Positions 8,290 to 15,293 of a stretch of 37,083 nt of DNA are shown here, in pieces (positions within the stretch are counted from its first letter, which is position 1; each line of letters starts with the position of its first letter). The position numbers and the translations under genes were made by a program. The stretch comes from Ketobacter sp. Its GTDB lineage: Bacteria; Pseudomonadota; Gammaproteobacteria; Pseudomonadales; Ketobacteraceae. The notes under the pieces were generated by a model. That model was not told where the DNA came from. It saw only the letters and a list, made by a program, of their open reading frames with translations, and made no database searches. The stretch covers positions 1 to 37,083 of the forward strand of contig JBFKSL010000001.1 of NCBI GenBank assembly GCA_041626995.1. Direction: 5' to 3'.

Positions 8290-9658
8290 GTTTGAATTTA
8301 ATTTAATCGGCTGTCTTGCTAGTGATGTTTTTTGGATGCGTGATCCTGAGTCACTCACTGACGCAATGGATATTGCCAGAAGGGAATACTTCTCAACTGA
8401 CTTGGGCAAGGTTATATATTCATCCGTCCTGCAAATACTACAAAGCGATGCAGCACCGGACAAGGATCTAATAGACCAACTGCTAACAAACAACGACACA
8501 TACAGGAATTATGACGGGCAATCGGTATTGGCTGACGCGGTGAGAAACTCAAAGACTGAGCTTAACGCGGTCGTGTATGCAAGAAAAATTAGAGAGGAGC
8601 ATTTCCTGAGGGATGCAAAGACAAGGTTTGCAGAGGGGTTAAAAATACTAAATGAGCACGGAGATGCTAAGAATAAGATTGAACAGGCACTAAACATCGC
8701 AGGAGACGTGTCCACAGACTACGATATGGCGCGAAAAGATGCGTCCCTATGTGATGCTATTGCCAAGATGATTGATCGCCTTGAGGACGTTTCTAGCAGG
8801 GGAAGTACAATAACAGGTGTAGATACTGGTTACGCGAGACTTAATCAAATCACGCATGGGTTGCAACCTGGCAATACGATTGTTGTTGCCGGTGTGCCAG
8901 GTGGGGGCAAGACAACATTCTGCATGAATATTATGGCACACGCCGCACTAGAGGCTGACAAAAAGGTTTTATTCTACTCACTTGAGATGCCCAAACATGA
9001 GATTGCCATGAAGTTATGTTCATGGAGGACTGGCATTCAGATGGCTGCATTTCACACCGCCGAGGTGGCTACAGATGATGTGAAAAAAGAAATGTTGAGA
9101 CACCACATTGGCGAGATGAAAAAAGACAACCTATTCATAGATGATGATCCAGAAATAACGGCAGAAACCATAGAAAACAGAACAAAACAACACGCAATGA
9201 AGATGGGCGGGATAGACCTGATATGTGTTGACTACCTCACACTCATGGATGCTCAAGGTGACAACGAGACAACCAAGGCAGGTAATGCGGCCAAATCATT
9301 AAAAAGGCTAGCCAAGAAATTCAACTGCCCAGTAATAATAATTAGCCAAATGGTTAAGAATCTAACAGGAAGGCCAACAAAGGCAGATCTTAGACAAACG
9401 GGCCAACTAGGCCAAGATGCTAGTTTAATAATGTTTTTATACAAAGAAGAAAATCAAGTTACAGAGAGTGGACAATCTCAAATAGTTGAATTGATAATTG
9501 ATAAGAACAGAATGGGGGAGACTGGCTCAATAAACCTAGAGCCGCAATTTGCAATAAACAGGATGATAGAAACCGACAGGGAGGCGGCATTTCCACTTGA
9601 TAGGGATGGAAACCCAATAAAACACAACAAAGGATCAAAACTGGGGCGTGTAGCATGA
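8282..9658 (+). CDS. dnaB: Replicative DNA helicase, DnaB family
   Basis: ITGVDTGY..LN..T.G, Walker A GVPGGGKTT, FYSLEM, VDYLTLM, LKRLAK..NCPVIIISQ, DLRQTGQLGQDA, KNRMGETG. Confidence 0.95.
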   Translation: MNRFEFNLIGCLASDVFWMRDPESLTDAMDIARREYFSTDLGKVIYSSVLQILQSDAAPDKDLIDQLLTNNDTYRNYDGQSVLADAVRNSKTELNAVVYARKIREEHFLRDAKTRFAEGLKILNEHGDAKNKIEQALNIAGDVSTDYDMARKDASLCDAIAKMIDRLEDVSSRGSTITGVDTGYARLNQITHGLQPGNTIVVAGVPGGGKTTFCMNIMAHAALEADKKVLFYSLEMPKHEIAMKLCSWRTGIQMAAFHTAEVATDDVKKEMLRHHIGEMKKDNLFIDDDPEITAETIENRTKQHAMKMGGIDLICVDYLTLMDAQGDNETTKAGNAAKSLKRLAKKFNCPVIIISQMVKNLTGRPTKADLRQTGQLGQDASLIMFLYKEENQVTESGQSQIVELIIDKNRMGETGSINLEPQFAINRMIETDREAAFPLDRDGNPIKHNKGSKLGRVA

Positions 9659-9867
9659 ATAAAAAGCAATGGCTCGACCACTGGTGGAAAGAGATAGATA
9701 GTTGCAAGCACTGGGCTATCAAGAAGCAAGCGGAGCGCCTACCAAGAGAACCAATCGAAACCATAGAACTAACCGGTAATGAGGAAAAACTGGCTTGGTT
9801 AGGTAGGACGGCAGAGCTTTTTAACAAACAAGTAACAATGAAAAATAACTTCAAGAGGTTTCGATAA
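9655..9867 (+). CDS. Hypothetical protein
   Basis: ATGA overlap with dnaB. Confidence 0.65.
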   Translation: MNKKQWLDHWWKEIDSCKHWAIKKQAERLPREPIETIELTGNEEKLAWLGRTAELFNKQVTMKNNFKRFR

Positions 9868-10004
9868 TGCTAACTAAAACACCACTAGCACAACTCATGC
9901 AGGAAGCTGCGGAGCTACACAAGAGGTGGAGCAGTCGCACACCGCAAGAGGTTAGATTTAACATAGTTACAGTAGCTAGAACACTAAAACAAAGAAGGGG
10001 TTAA
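9867..10004 (+). CDS. Small hypothetical protein (45 aa, MLTKTPLAQLMQEAAELHKRW...)
   Basis: Not in the track. TAATG coupling, GAGG SD, fills the gap to 10007. Confidence 0.6.
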   Translation: MLTKTPLAQLMQEAAELHKRWSSRTPQEVRFNIVTVARTLKQRRG

Positions 10005-10006
10005 TT

Positions 10007-10366
10007 ATGAGTGTATTCGATAAGTTGTTTGATAGAAGGTACACAATAGAGCCTGACACAGAGGATCAAGAGCCAATAGTTAGAAAGGACGAGTATAGAT
10101 TCTCTGAGTTTGGAATAAGAAACGTATGCAATGTCGATTGGTCGCGGCTATACAGTTATTCGATGGATCGCCATTCCAACCACCACAACTATTACTCATG
10201 CATTTCTACCTTTGAAAGAGATATGGAGTATTTAAAAGGTGTAGCCGACACCCTTCCGAGCAACTCTGAAATGAAAGACATTATAATCAGGTTGACTGAC
10301 TTGGTGAATTACATAAACCTGCCATTGATGTTTGATGTAACTACAACAACAGAGGAGAATAAATAA
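10007..10366 (+). CDS. Hypothetical protein
   Basis: 119 aa; AAGGGG SD. Confidence 0.7.
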   Translation: MSVFDKLFDRRYTIEPDTEDQEPIVRKDEYRFSEFGIRNVCNVDWSRLYSYSMDRHSNHHNYYSCISTFERDMEYLKGVADTLPSNSEMKDIIIRLTDLVNYINLPLMFDVTTTTEENK

Positions 10367-10626
10367 TGAGTATTGAAATAGAAGAAAATGCAGTGGAACT
10401 ATATTCACAAATGACAACACTACTCTTAAGCTGGCAAATAGCTCGACACATGGGCAAATCACAAGCTGGAAGTATAAAGAAAACAGCAAGAAAGTTGATG
10501 AACGAAACCAAGTGTCCTCAGGTGTACGAGACATTTAAAAAGATAGCCCGATGTCAAAGCGATTTTAAAGTCGTGGAGGTGGCGAGAAAGTGCCTCGAAG
10601 AAAACAAGAGGCTAGGCTATTTGTAA
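10366..10626 (+). CDS. Hypothetical protein
   Basis: 86 aa; GAGGAG SD, TAATG coupling. Confidence 0.7.
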   Translation: MSIEIEENAVELYSQMTTLLLSWQIARHMGKSQAGSIKKTARKLMNETKCPQVYETFKKIARCQSDFKVVEVARKCLEENKRLGYL

Positions 10627-10688
10627 CTTAACAATTTAGAGCAATCAATCTACAATGCGCCCCTCAATTCAACAGAGGGGCAAACCAC

Positions 10689-10775
10689 ATGAAAAACCGC
10701 ATATATTCAACTATCGAAATAACCGCAATCCTTATCATTACCATCACCATATTCCAACTGTTGGCTAAATTGTAA
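10689..10775 (+). CDS. Small hydrophobic peptide (28 aa, MKNRIYSTIEITAILIITITIFQLLAKL)
   Basis: SD GAGGGG lies in the 3' arm of the hairpin GCCCCTC-AATTCAACA-GAGGGGC; single TM helix. Confidence 0.55.
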   Translation: MKNRIYSTIEITAILIITITIFQLLAKL

Positions 10776-10790
10776 ACAAAGTGATACACT
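10761..10790 (+). promoter_or_regulatory. Putative sigma70 promoter
   Basis: TTGGCT-18-TACACT with extended -10 TG (TGATACACT). Confidence 0.4.
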
Positions 10791-10820
10791 ATGGCTAATT
10801 CTCAATCCGAGGGTTTAGTT

Positions 10821-11009
10821 ATGGATTTACTAACACAAGTAAGAATACTAAAATCAAAACACAAACTAAGTCGTGGAACTAGATACCTGTTCGATGTGGA
10901 AGATGGCATCGCCCGGTTTAGGACTAAGCGTAAGCTTGTAATGATGCCAGAAGAGTTTGTGGGCGATATTGAGATGGAAGTGTTAGACCAACACGAATAT
11001 TTGATGTAG
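10821..11009 (+). CDS. Hypothetical protein
   Basis: GAGGG SD before ATG 10821 (the track starts it at 10791). Confidence 0.6.
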   Translation: MDLLTQVRILKSKHKLSRGTRYLFDVEDGIARFRTKRKLVMMPEEFVGDIEMEVLDQHEYLM

Positions 11010-11011
11010 CT

Positions 11012-11046
11012 AAATAAAAAGGGCCGAGTTATAATCAACTCGACCC
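11012..11046 (-). terminator. Rho-independent terminator for the leftward methylase operon
   Basis: Minus strand GGGTCGAGTT-GATTAT-AACTCGGCCC-TTTTTATTT. Confidence 0.75.
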
Positions 11047-11082
11047 CTAAGCCGCTGGCGTTTATCTCCTTTGCGTCGGCGG

Positions 11083-11793
11083 CTACCTTCCGTTGAACTC
11101 AAACACGGCATTAGCAAAACCCCTAGGGGTGGCACTGCGAATGTTTTTAGTTTTGAGCGACTTACCACCAAGCTTTTTATGTTGGTCACTATAGCCAGCC
11201 TCAACATTTACAGGCCACTTATCAGGCATAACAAACCCATTACCAGACCATATACAAGTCTTTTTGGGGTATGCGTCTCGGGGCTTTATGTAATCAGGGT
11301 AGAGCGGGTGAGTATCATCCTTTGGTAAGTAACCCCCATACTCATGCGGATGAAACATATAGTCGGGCTTTCTCCATAGGCTACTAATGACGCTAACCGG
11401 ATTTTCCAAGGCCCATGAGCAACCGAGTGCATTACCCAAGTCGCGAACCAAGTACACCAACTCCATAGCCTTTAGTTGAAAGTCTGGATCCGCTCGCCTC
11501 TTTCTTTCGAAATGCGCCGCCCCACTAACAGCCAATTGCGTACACTCTGGGAAGCCAAATACAAAGCTTACGTCCTCGCCAGTCACGTCAATAATGCGCC
11601 TAACACCCTTAAAATCGCCCCGTTCCTTTATCGAGTCATCAAACCACATGCCAACATTCAAAATATTTTCGTGGCCCCCTTTTGTGACACCTAAAGGATG
11701 TTGACCATCAAAGCAATAACAAAGGTAACCAGCATCGGCCCAGGGCTTAGCCATAATCCCAGTATAATCAAATAAAAATACAGCCTTCTTCAT
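11083..11793 (-). CDS. Phage DNA cytosine methyltransferase-like protein (short, atypical C5-MTase family)
   Basis: Motif I-like FLFDYTG, catalytic-like FGFPECTQLAVSG, motif VI ENPVS, Y.KKTCIW, C-terminal RSATPRGFA.AVF. Confidence 0.75.
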   Translation of the reverse strand: MKKAVFLFDYTGIMAKPWADAGYLCYCFDGQHPLGVTKGGHENILNVGMWFDDSIKERGDFKGVRRIIDVTGEDVSFVFGFPECTQLAVSGAAHFERKRRADPDFQLKAMELVYLVRDLGNALGCSWALENPVSVISSLWRKPDYMFHPHEYGGYLPKDDTHPLYPDYIKPRDAYPKKTCIWSGNGFVMPDKWPVNVEAGYSDQHKKLGGKSLKTKNIRSATPRGFANAVFEFNGR

Positions 11794-11946
11794 GCGAAAC
11801 TATCCCAATACTTACTTAACTCTTTTTCCATTCTAATATCCTCAGCCTTTCTCCTGGCTTCACGTCTACGCTTTTCCGCAGCAGTTACACGACATTTTTT
11901 TGGCCTTAGCTTCTATTTGCATCATTCTCAATTTGCGCTCTAACAT
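11790..11946 (-). pseudogene. Small basic protein interrupted by one extra base in an A7 run (or recoded)
   Basis: 157 nt between the coupled ATG (11946) and the TGA overlapping the methylase start = 52 codons + 1 nt; removing one A from T7 at 11895-11901 yields MLERKLRMMQIEAKAKKCRVTAAEKRRREARRKAEDIRMEKELSKYWDSFA. Confidence 0.6.
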
Positions 11947-12185
11947 CACACCAGCTCCCATTCTTCAACTTCTTCAATTAATATCTCGTCCAGCTTATCA
12001 ATCTTTGCATCATCAGCAGCTATAAGCGCCCACAATCCAATCTCATTGCCTTGTTTATCAGTGGTAAACACATCTACAACACTATCAATAATAGTGTCGT
12101 TATCGTCGTCTTTATGAGCTGTAAACAACACCGTAATCTCAGTCTCAATGAATAAGAACTCTGTTTTATAGTCTAGTTTATACAT
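11946..12185 (-). CDS. Hypothetical highly acidic protein
   Basis: 79 aa, D/E-rich; strong SD AAGGAG; first gene of the second leftward operon. Confidence 0.75.
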   Translation of the reverse strand: MYKLDYKTEFLFIETEITVLFTAHKDDDNDTIIDSVVDVFTTDKQGNEIGLWALIAADDAKIDKLDEILIEEVEEWELV

Positions 12186-12215
12186 TTGTTTATCTCCTTT
12201 TGATTAACGAGATTA

Positions 12216-12309
12216 AATTTAGCAGAAAACAAATTAGAGTCAACACAAAGCAAAAAAATAAATTAAAAAGTAAAAAATAGTTGCATCGAATAAAGTTATG
12301 GATAATAAT
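12216..12309. promoter_or_regulatory. Second divergent promoter region
   Basis: Leftward TTGACT-16-TAAATT with TGC extension (12243-12216); rightward TTGCAT-17-AATAAT (12281-12309); A-tract between them. Confidence 0.55.
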
Positions 12310-12338
12310 GCACTCACTGAAACGAAACGGGGTTAACA

Positions 12339-12545
12339 ATGAGAAACATAGAATTAGGAAAACAATTTAAGAAGGCTTGTATTGACGCAGATATTACAGC
12401 GGCGGATATACACAAAGGAACAGGGATTAGTAAACCTACTATTACTAAGATTATGCGCGGTGAGATGTCGGTCAGCTTTGCGAACTATAATGAAGTTGCT
12501 AACTTTCTTGGCAAGCGCATTAAATGGGTTTTTGAGGATAAGTAA
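12339..12545 (+). CDS. Cro/CI-like XRE HTH regulator
   Basis: FKKACIDADITAADIHKGTGISKPTITKIMRG. Confidence 0.85.
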   Translation: MRNIELGKQFKKACIDADITAADIHKGTGISKPTITKIMRGEMSVSFANYNEVANFLGKRIKWVFEDK

Positions 12546-12779
12546 ATGAAAGCCAGAGATTACTTAAACCAAATTGAGTTGATGCACTTACGCAATGACT
12601 GTTTAGAGGAATTGAAAGCGGTGTTAAATAACGAGCCTACAAAGAACGCTACGGCGATTTTATTCCGCGACTACATATCGCAAGGGCTAGTAAGTAAAAG
12701 CGAGGCTACGTCGTTTGTAGAAGGCTTAGTTGCGATTGAGGAAAGTGTAACTAATCAAATGTTAGAGGTGTGGGGGTAA
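12546..12779 (+). CDS. Hypothetical protein
   Basis: 77 aa; GAGGA SD; abuts both neighbours. Confidence 0.7.
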   Translation: MKARDYLNQIELMHLRNDCLEELKAVLNNEPTKNATAILFRDYISQGLVSKSEATSFVEGLVAIEESVTNQMLEVWG

Positions 12780-12780
12780 T

Positions 12781-13320
12781 ATGGATTTACAAAAACTATC
12801 TGAGCCACTATCAATTGATCAAGTTGATTTTCGGGTTCAGTCAATCAATAGCGGCGGCTATGCAACAATTTTGGCTTATAAGGATGCTAGGGCAGACATG
12901 GAGAGGTTGGACGAGGTTGTGGGACCGCTAAACTGGAAGCGCGAACACTCACAGGGTAATCACAATTGTGTTGTGTCTATTTACAACTCGGAGATAAAGG
13001 AGTGGGTATCCAAGGAGGATACGGGCACAGAGTCCAACACAGAGGCGGCAAAAGGCTTGGCTAGCGACTCATTCAAGCGTGCTTGCTTTAACTGGGGGAT
13101 CGGTCGAGAACTTTACGACTACCCAGTGATATCAATAAAGCTGAACCCAAGTGAAATTAATGAGAAGAACGGCAAGAAGTACGCAAGCTGGAATTTTAAA
13201 TTGAAAGAATGGGTTTGGTACTCGGAATTCACTGGGAAAAAGATTAGTTTTTTAGCGGCCAGAGACAACAACGGTCAAGTTAGATTTCAATGGGGTAAAA
13301 TGAAGGAGAAGAAACAATGA
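12781..13320 (+). CDS. Rad52/Sak-like single-strand annealing protein
   Basis: LAYKDAR.DMERLDEVVGPLNW, WVSKEDTG.ES..EA.KG.ASDSFKRAC..WGIGRELY. Confidence 0.88.
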   Translation: MDLQKLSEPLSIDQVDFRVQSINSGGYATILAYKDARADMERLDEVVGPLNWKREHSQGNHNCVVSIYNSEIKEWVSKEDTGTESNTEAAKGLASDSFKRACFNWGIGRELYDYPVISIKLNPSEINEKNGKKYASWNFKLKEWVWYSEFTGKKISFLAARDNNGQVRFQWGKMKEKKQ

Positions 13321-13811
13321 GTTCAATATTTCAACTAACAACAGAGCAGTTAAGCTTAAAACGACTGGTTGAGTCAGGCGAGTTAACCGAGGAGATGGTA
13401 GCTGATACACTAGAGGGAATGGATCACGAGCTAGACCAAAAAATAGAGTCTTACTGCCATGTCATTAATGCAATGAATGCAGACCTGCTAACAATCGATA
13501 ACGAGATAACAAGGCTAAAGACCCTACAATATGAAAAGAAAAACCAAGTAACCAGGGTCAAGCGCCAACTAACGGATGGGCTGCAAAGAATAGGAAAAAC
13601 CAAGTTCGACACCGGGCTATTCAAAGGTCACATAAGAAAAGGTGTTGAATCCGTTAAAATCACAGATGATTCATGGCTACCTAGCGACTTTATTAGCGAA
13701 AAAATCACAGTGTCAGTTGATAAGAATGGCCTCAAAAAATGGATAAAAGAGGGCAACGAATGCCAAGGTGTTGAGCTTGTAGCTGGCGATAGCTCGCTGA
13801 TAATCAAATGA
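13317..13811 (+). CDS. Siphovirus Gp157-family protein
   Basis: DTLEG..ELDQKIE, EI.RLK coiled coil, T.LF...IRK...SV.I.D...LP..F, VDK..LK..IK.G...G.EL; adjacent to the annealase. Confidence 0.88.
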   Translation: MSSIFQLTTEQLSLKRLVESGELTEEMVADTLEGMDHELDQKIESYCHVINAMNADLLTIDNEITRLKTLQYEKKNQVTRVKRQLTDGLQRIGKTKFDTGLFKGHIRKGVESVKITDDSWLPSDFISEKITVSVDKNGLKKWIKEGNECQGVELVAGDSSLIIK

Positions 13812-13857
13812 GCTGGTTTGACGAAATAGCGGTGGCACTACACCGCACTTTAAGCAG

Positions 13858-13913
13858 AGATAACCTTTTAAATTAGCGGATGCTTGCAGTCCGACTAGAT
13901 TTTGTTGTTATGT
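13858..13913 (-). mobile_element. attC-like recombination site 1 (56 bp)
   Basis: Minus strand ACATAAC-AACAA-AATCTAGT-CGGACTGCAAGCATCCG-CTAATT-TAAAAG-GTTATCT: AAC/GTT cores, 5/6-nt spacers, arms pairing with two extrahelical bases. Confidence 0.7.
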
Positions 13914-13933
13914 TGCGCAGCAGGGGGATTGAC

Positions 13934-14749
13934 TTGAAGCACTTAGACTTATTTGCAGGGATTGGCGGCTTTTCACTAGCTGCTAAATGGGCAGGAATTG
14001 ACACAGTGGCATTTTGTGAAATAGACGAAAGTTGCCATAAGGTTTTAAATAAACACTGGCCTATGCTGCCGATACATAAAGATATTAAAAAACTGGATGG
14101 AAATGATTATGCAGGAATTGACCTTATTACCGGGGGATATCCGTGCCAACCTTTTAGCGTTGCCGGAAGCCAAAAAGCGGAAGAAGATGACCGCCACCTC
14201 TGGCCGGAAATGTTCAGAATTATTACACAAGCAAAACCCACTTGGGTCATTTGTGAAAATGTTTACGGCCACGTCAAATTGGGACTGGACAGTGTGCTAC
14301 ATGACTTGGAAGGTATCGGCTACGCCTGCCAGTCGTTTATTATTCCGGCTCTCGCCACAGGTGCAAACCATAACAGGGAGCGAGTTTTTATTGTGGCCTA
14401 CTCCCCAAGCAATGGACAGCATGAAGGCAAGGCCAGAGTCAGCAATGGAAAGGCAAATGAATACAGCGAGGAAGGGAAGGACGAAGATTGCAACAATGAA
14501 GGATTCAGCCGTTTACGGTTTGGTGTGGACTGGAAAGGCAAAACGATTGGGCGATGGGGAGTTAAACCCCCAGCGCTTAGAGTGGATGATGAACTACCCA
14601 ATAGGATGGACCGAAACAGAATGATAGGCAACGCTATTGACCCAATGATAGCTTACGAATTAATAAAAAGTATTAAAGCGACACAACTTTTAAATAACGG
14701 GCGGCCCACCGCCCAAACCAAACAACAAAAGGGGGTTAAAAATGAGTGA
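13934..14749 (+). CDS. DNA (cytosine-5)-methyltransferase, alpha polypeptide (motifs I-VIII and X)
   Basis: DLFAGIGGF, GGYPCQPFS, ENVYG, HNRERVFIV, GNAIDP; likely TTG start at 13934 after GGGGGA SD; motif IX absent. Confidence 0.93.
   Translation: MKHLDLFAGIGGFSLAAKWAGIDTVAFCEIDESCHKVLNKHWPMLPIHKDIKKLDGNDYAGIDLITGGYPCQPFSVAGSQKAEEDDRHLWPEMFRIITQAKPTWVICENVYGHVKLGLDSVLHDLEGIGYACQSFIIPALATGANHNRERVFIVAYSPSNGQHEGKARVSNGKANEYSEEGKDEDCNNEGFSRLRFGVDWKGKTIGRWGVKPPALRVDDELPNRMDRNRMIGNAIDPMIAYELIKSIKATQLLNNGRPTAQTKQQKGVKNE
14109..14624 (+). CDS. Nested +1-frame beta polypeptide of the C5-methyltransferase (carries motif IX)
   Basis: Open frame of over 170 codons wholly inside the MTase gene, ending LNPQRLEWMMNYPIGWTE; start could be 14097, 14103 or 14109. 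Confidence 0.82.
   Translation: MQELTLLPGDIRANLLALPEAKKRKKMTATSGRKCSELLHKQNPLGSFVKMFTATSNWDWTVCYMTWKVSATPASRLLFRLSPQVQTITGSEFLLWPTPQAMDSMKARPESAMERQMNTARKGRTKIATMKDSAVYGLVWTGKAKRLGDGELNPQRLEWMMNYPIGWTETE
14681..14700 (-). mobile_element. Degenerate half attC-like site closing the MTase cassette
   Basis: Plus strand ACACAAC-TTTTAAATAACGG resembles AGATAAC-CTTTTAAATTAGCGG of site 1; ACACAAC is near-complementary to GTTATGT at 13907. Confidence 0.5.
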
Positions 14750-15050
14750 ATACTTTCAATCTATGGAAACTGGCGAGATAATCAAAGCCAAAGGCAAGTT
14801 GTGCGCACACTGGGAAAGCCTAGCAATGCAGGTTAAGTGCGAAACTAACGCACGAACTGGGCGCCCAGGGAAGGAATACAGCGAGAAAACACTATCAATA
14901 ATACATGACTTGACACTATCAACAGCAGAGGCAGCAAGATTGTCGGGCGTTGCAAGGTCAACAGTTAAATACAGAAGAAAGAAGGTAAAAGATGAAAAAA
15001 AGCGAATTGAGCAAGAGGCAAAAAGAGCTAATTTACAAAAGCGAACTTAA
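14742..15050 (+). CDS. Hypothetical protein with C-terminal HTH
   Basis: LSTAEAARLSGVARSTVKYRRKK; GGGGG SD. Confidence 0.7.
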   Translation: MSEYFQSMETGEIIKAKGKLCAHWESLAMQVKCETNARTGRPGKEYSEKTLSIIHDLTLSTAEAARLSGVARSTVKYRRKKVKDEKKRIEQEAKRANLQKRT

Positions 15051-15120
15051 CTCTATGAGGGTGTCAACTCTGACTGGCATACCGCAATACATAATTAGAC
15101 AGTTGAGGGCGAATAAATAA
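14992..15120 (+). CDS. Tiny HTH-like protein (42 aa, MKKSELSKRQKELIYKSELNSMRVSTLTGIPQYIIRQLRANK)
   Basis: Not in the track. AAGG SD; pattern parallels the HTH of the preceding gene. Confidence 0.5.
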   Translation: MKKSELSKRQKELIYKSELNSMRVSTLTGIPQYIIRQLRANK

Positions 15121-15121
15121 C

Positions 15122-15149
15122 TTGCAAAATTAAAATAGTGTGTAATAAT
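15122..15149 (+). promoter_or_regulatory. Putative sigma70 promoter for the structured-RNA cluster
   Basis: TTGCAA...TGTAATAAT, same design as the promoters at 6862 and 12281. Confidence 0.55.
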
Positions 15150-15156
15150 TTATTTT

Positions 15157-15293
15157 GCAGTGTAGGAGCTGTGATTAGGTTATAGCAAGAGGGTTATGAG
15201 TACAGGTTCAGTAATTTCAAAGTGGGTAACTCCTACATTGCGATTGCTATAACCGCCCCACTTGCTGGGCTTGTACTGATAGCCCTTTTTTTT
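15157..15293 (+). ncRNA. C4/CI-like antisense or attenuator RNA
   Basis: Long G-U-containing stem (15188-15226 with 15256-15287) plus T tract; its loop carries CTCCTACATTGC and TTGCTATAACC, complementary to GCAGTGTAGGAG (15157) and GGTTATAGCAA (15178). Confidence 0.7.

Noticed and set aside
11071-11694. Plus-strand ORFs 11071-11328 and 11476-11694
   Set aside because: They are antisense to the methylase-like gene, with weak starts and no recognisable features.
13880-13933. N-terminal extension of the MTase given in the ORF track
   Set aside because: It lies inside the attC-like palindrome. Motif I begins right after TTG 13934, which has a good SD.
15157-15293. IS110 bridge RNA, retron or CRISPR mini-array reading of the bipartite-loop hairpin
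   Set aside because: No DEDD recombinase, reverse transcriptase, Cas gene or repeat-spacer periodicity is visible anywhere in the genome.
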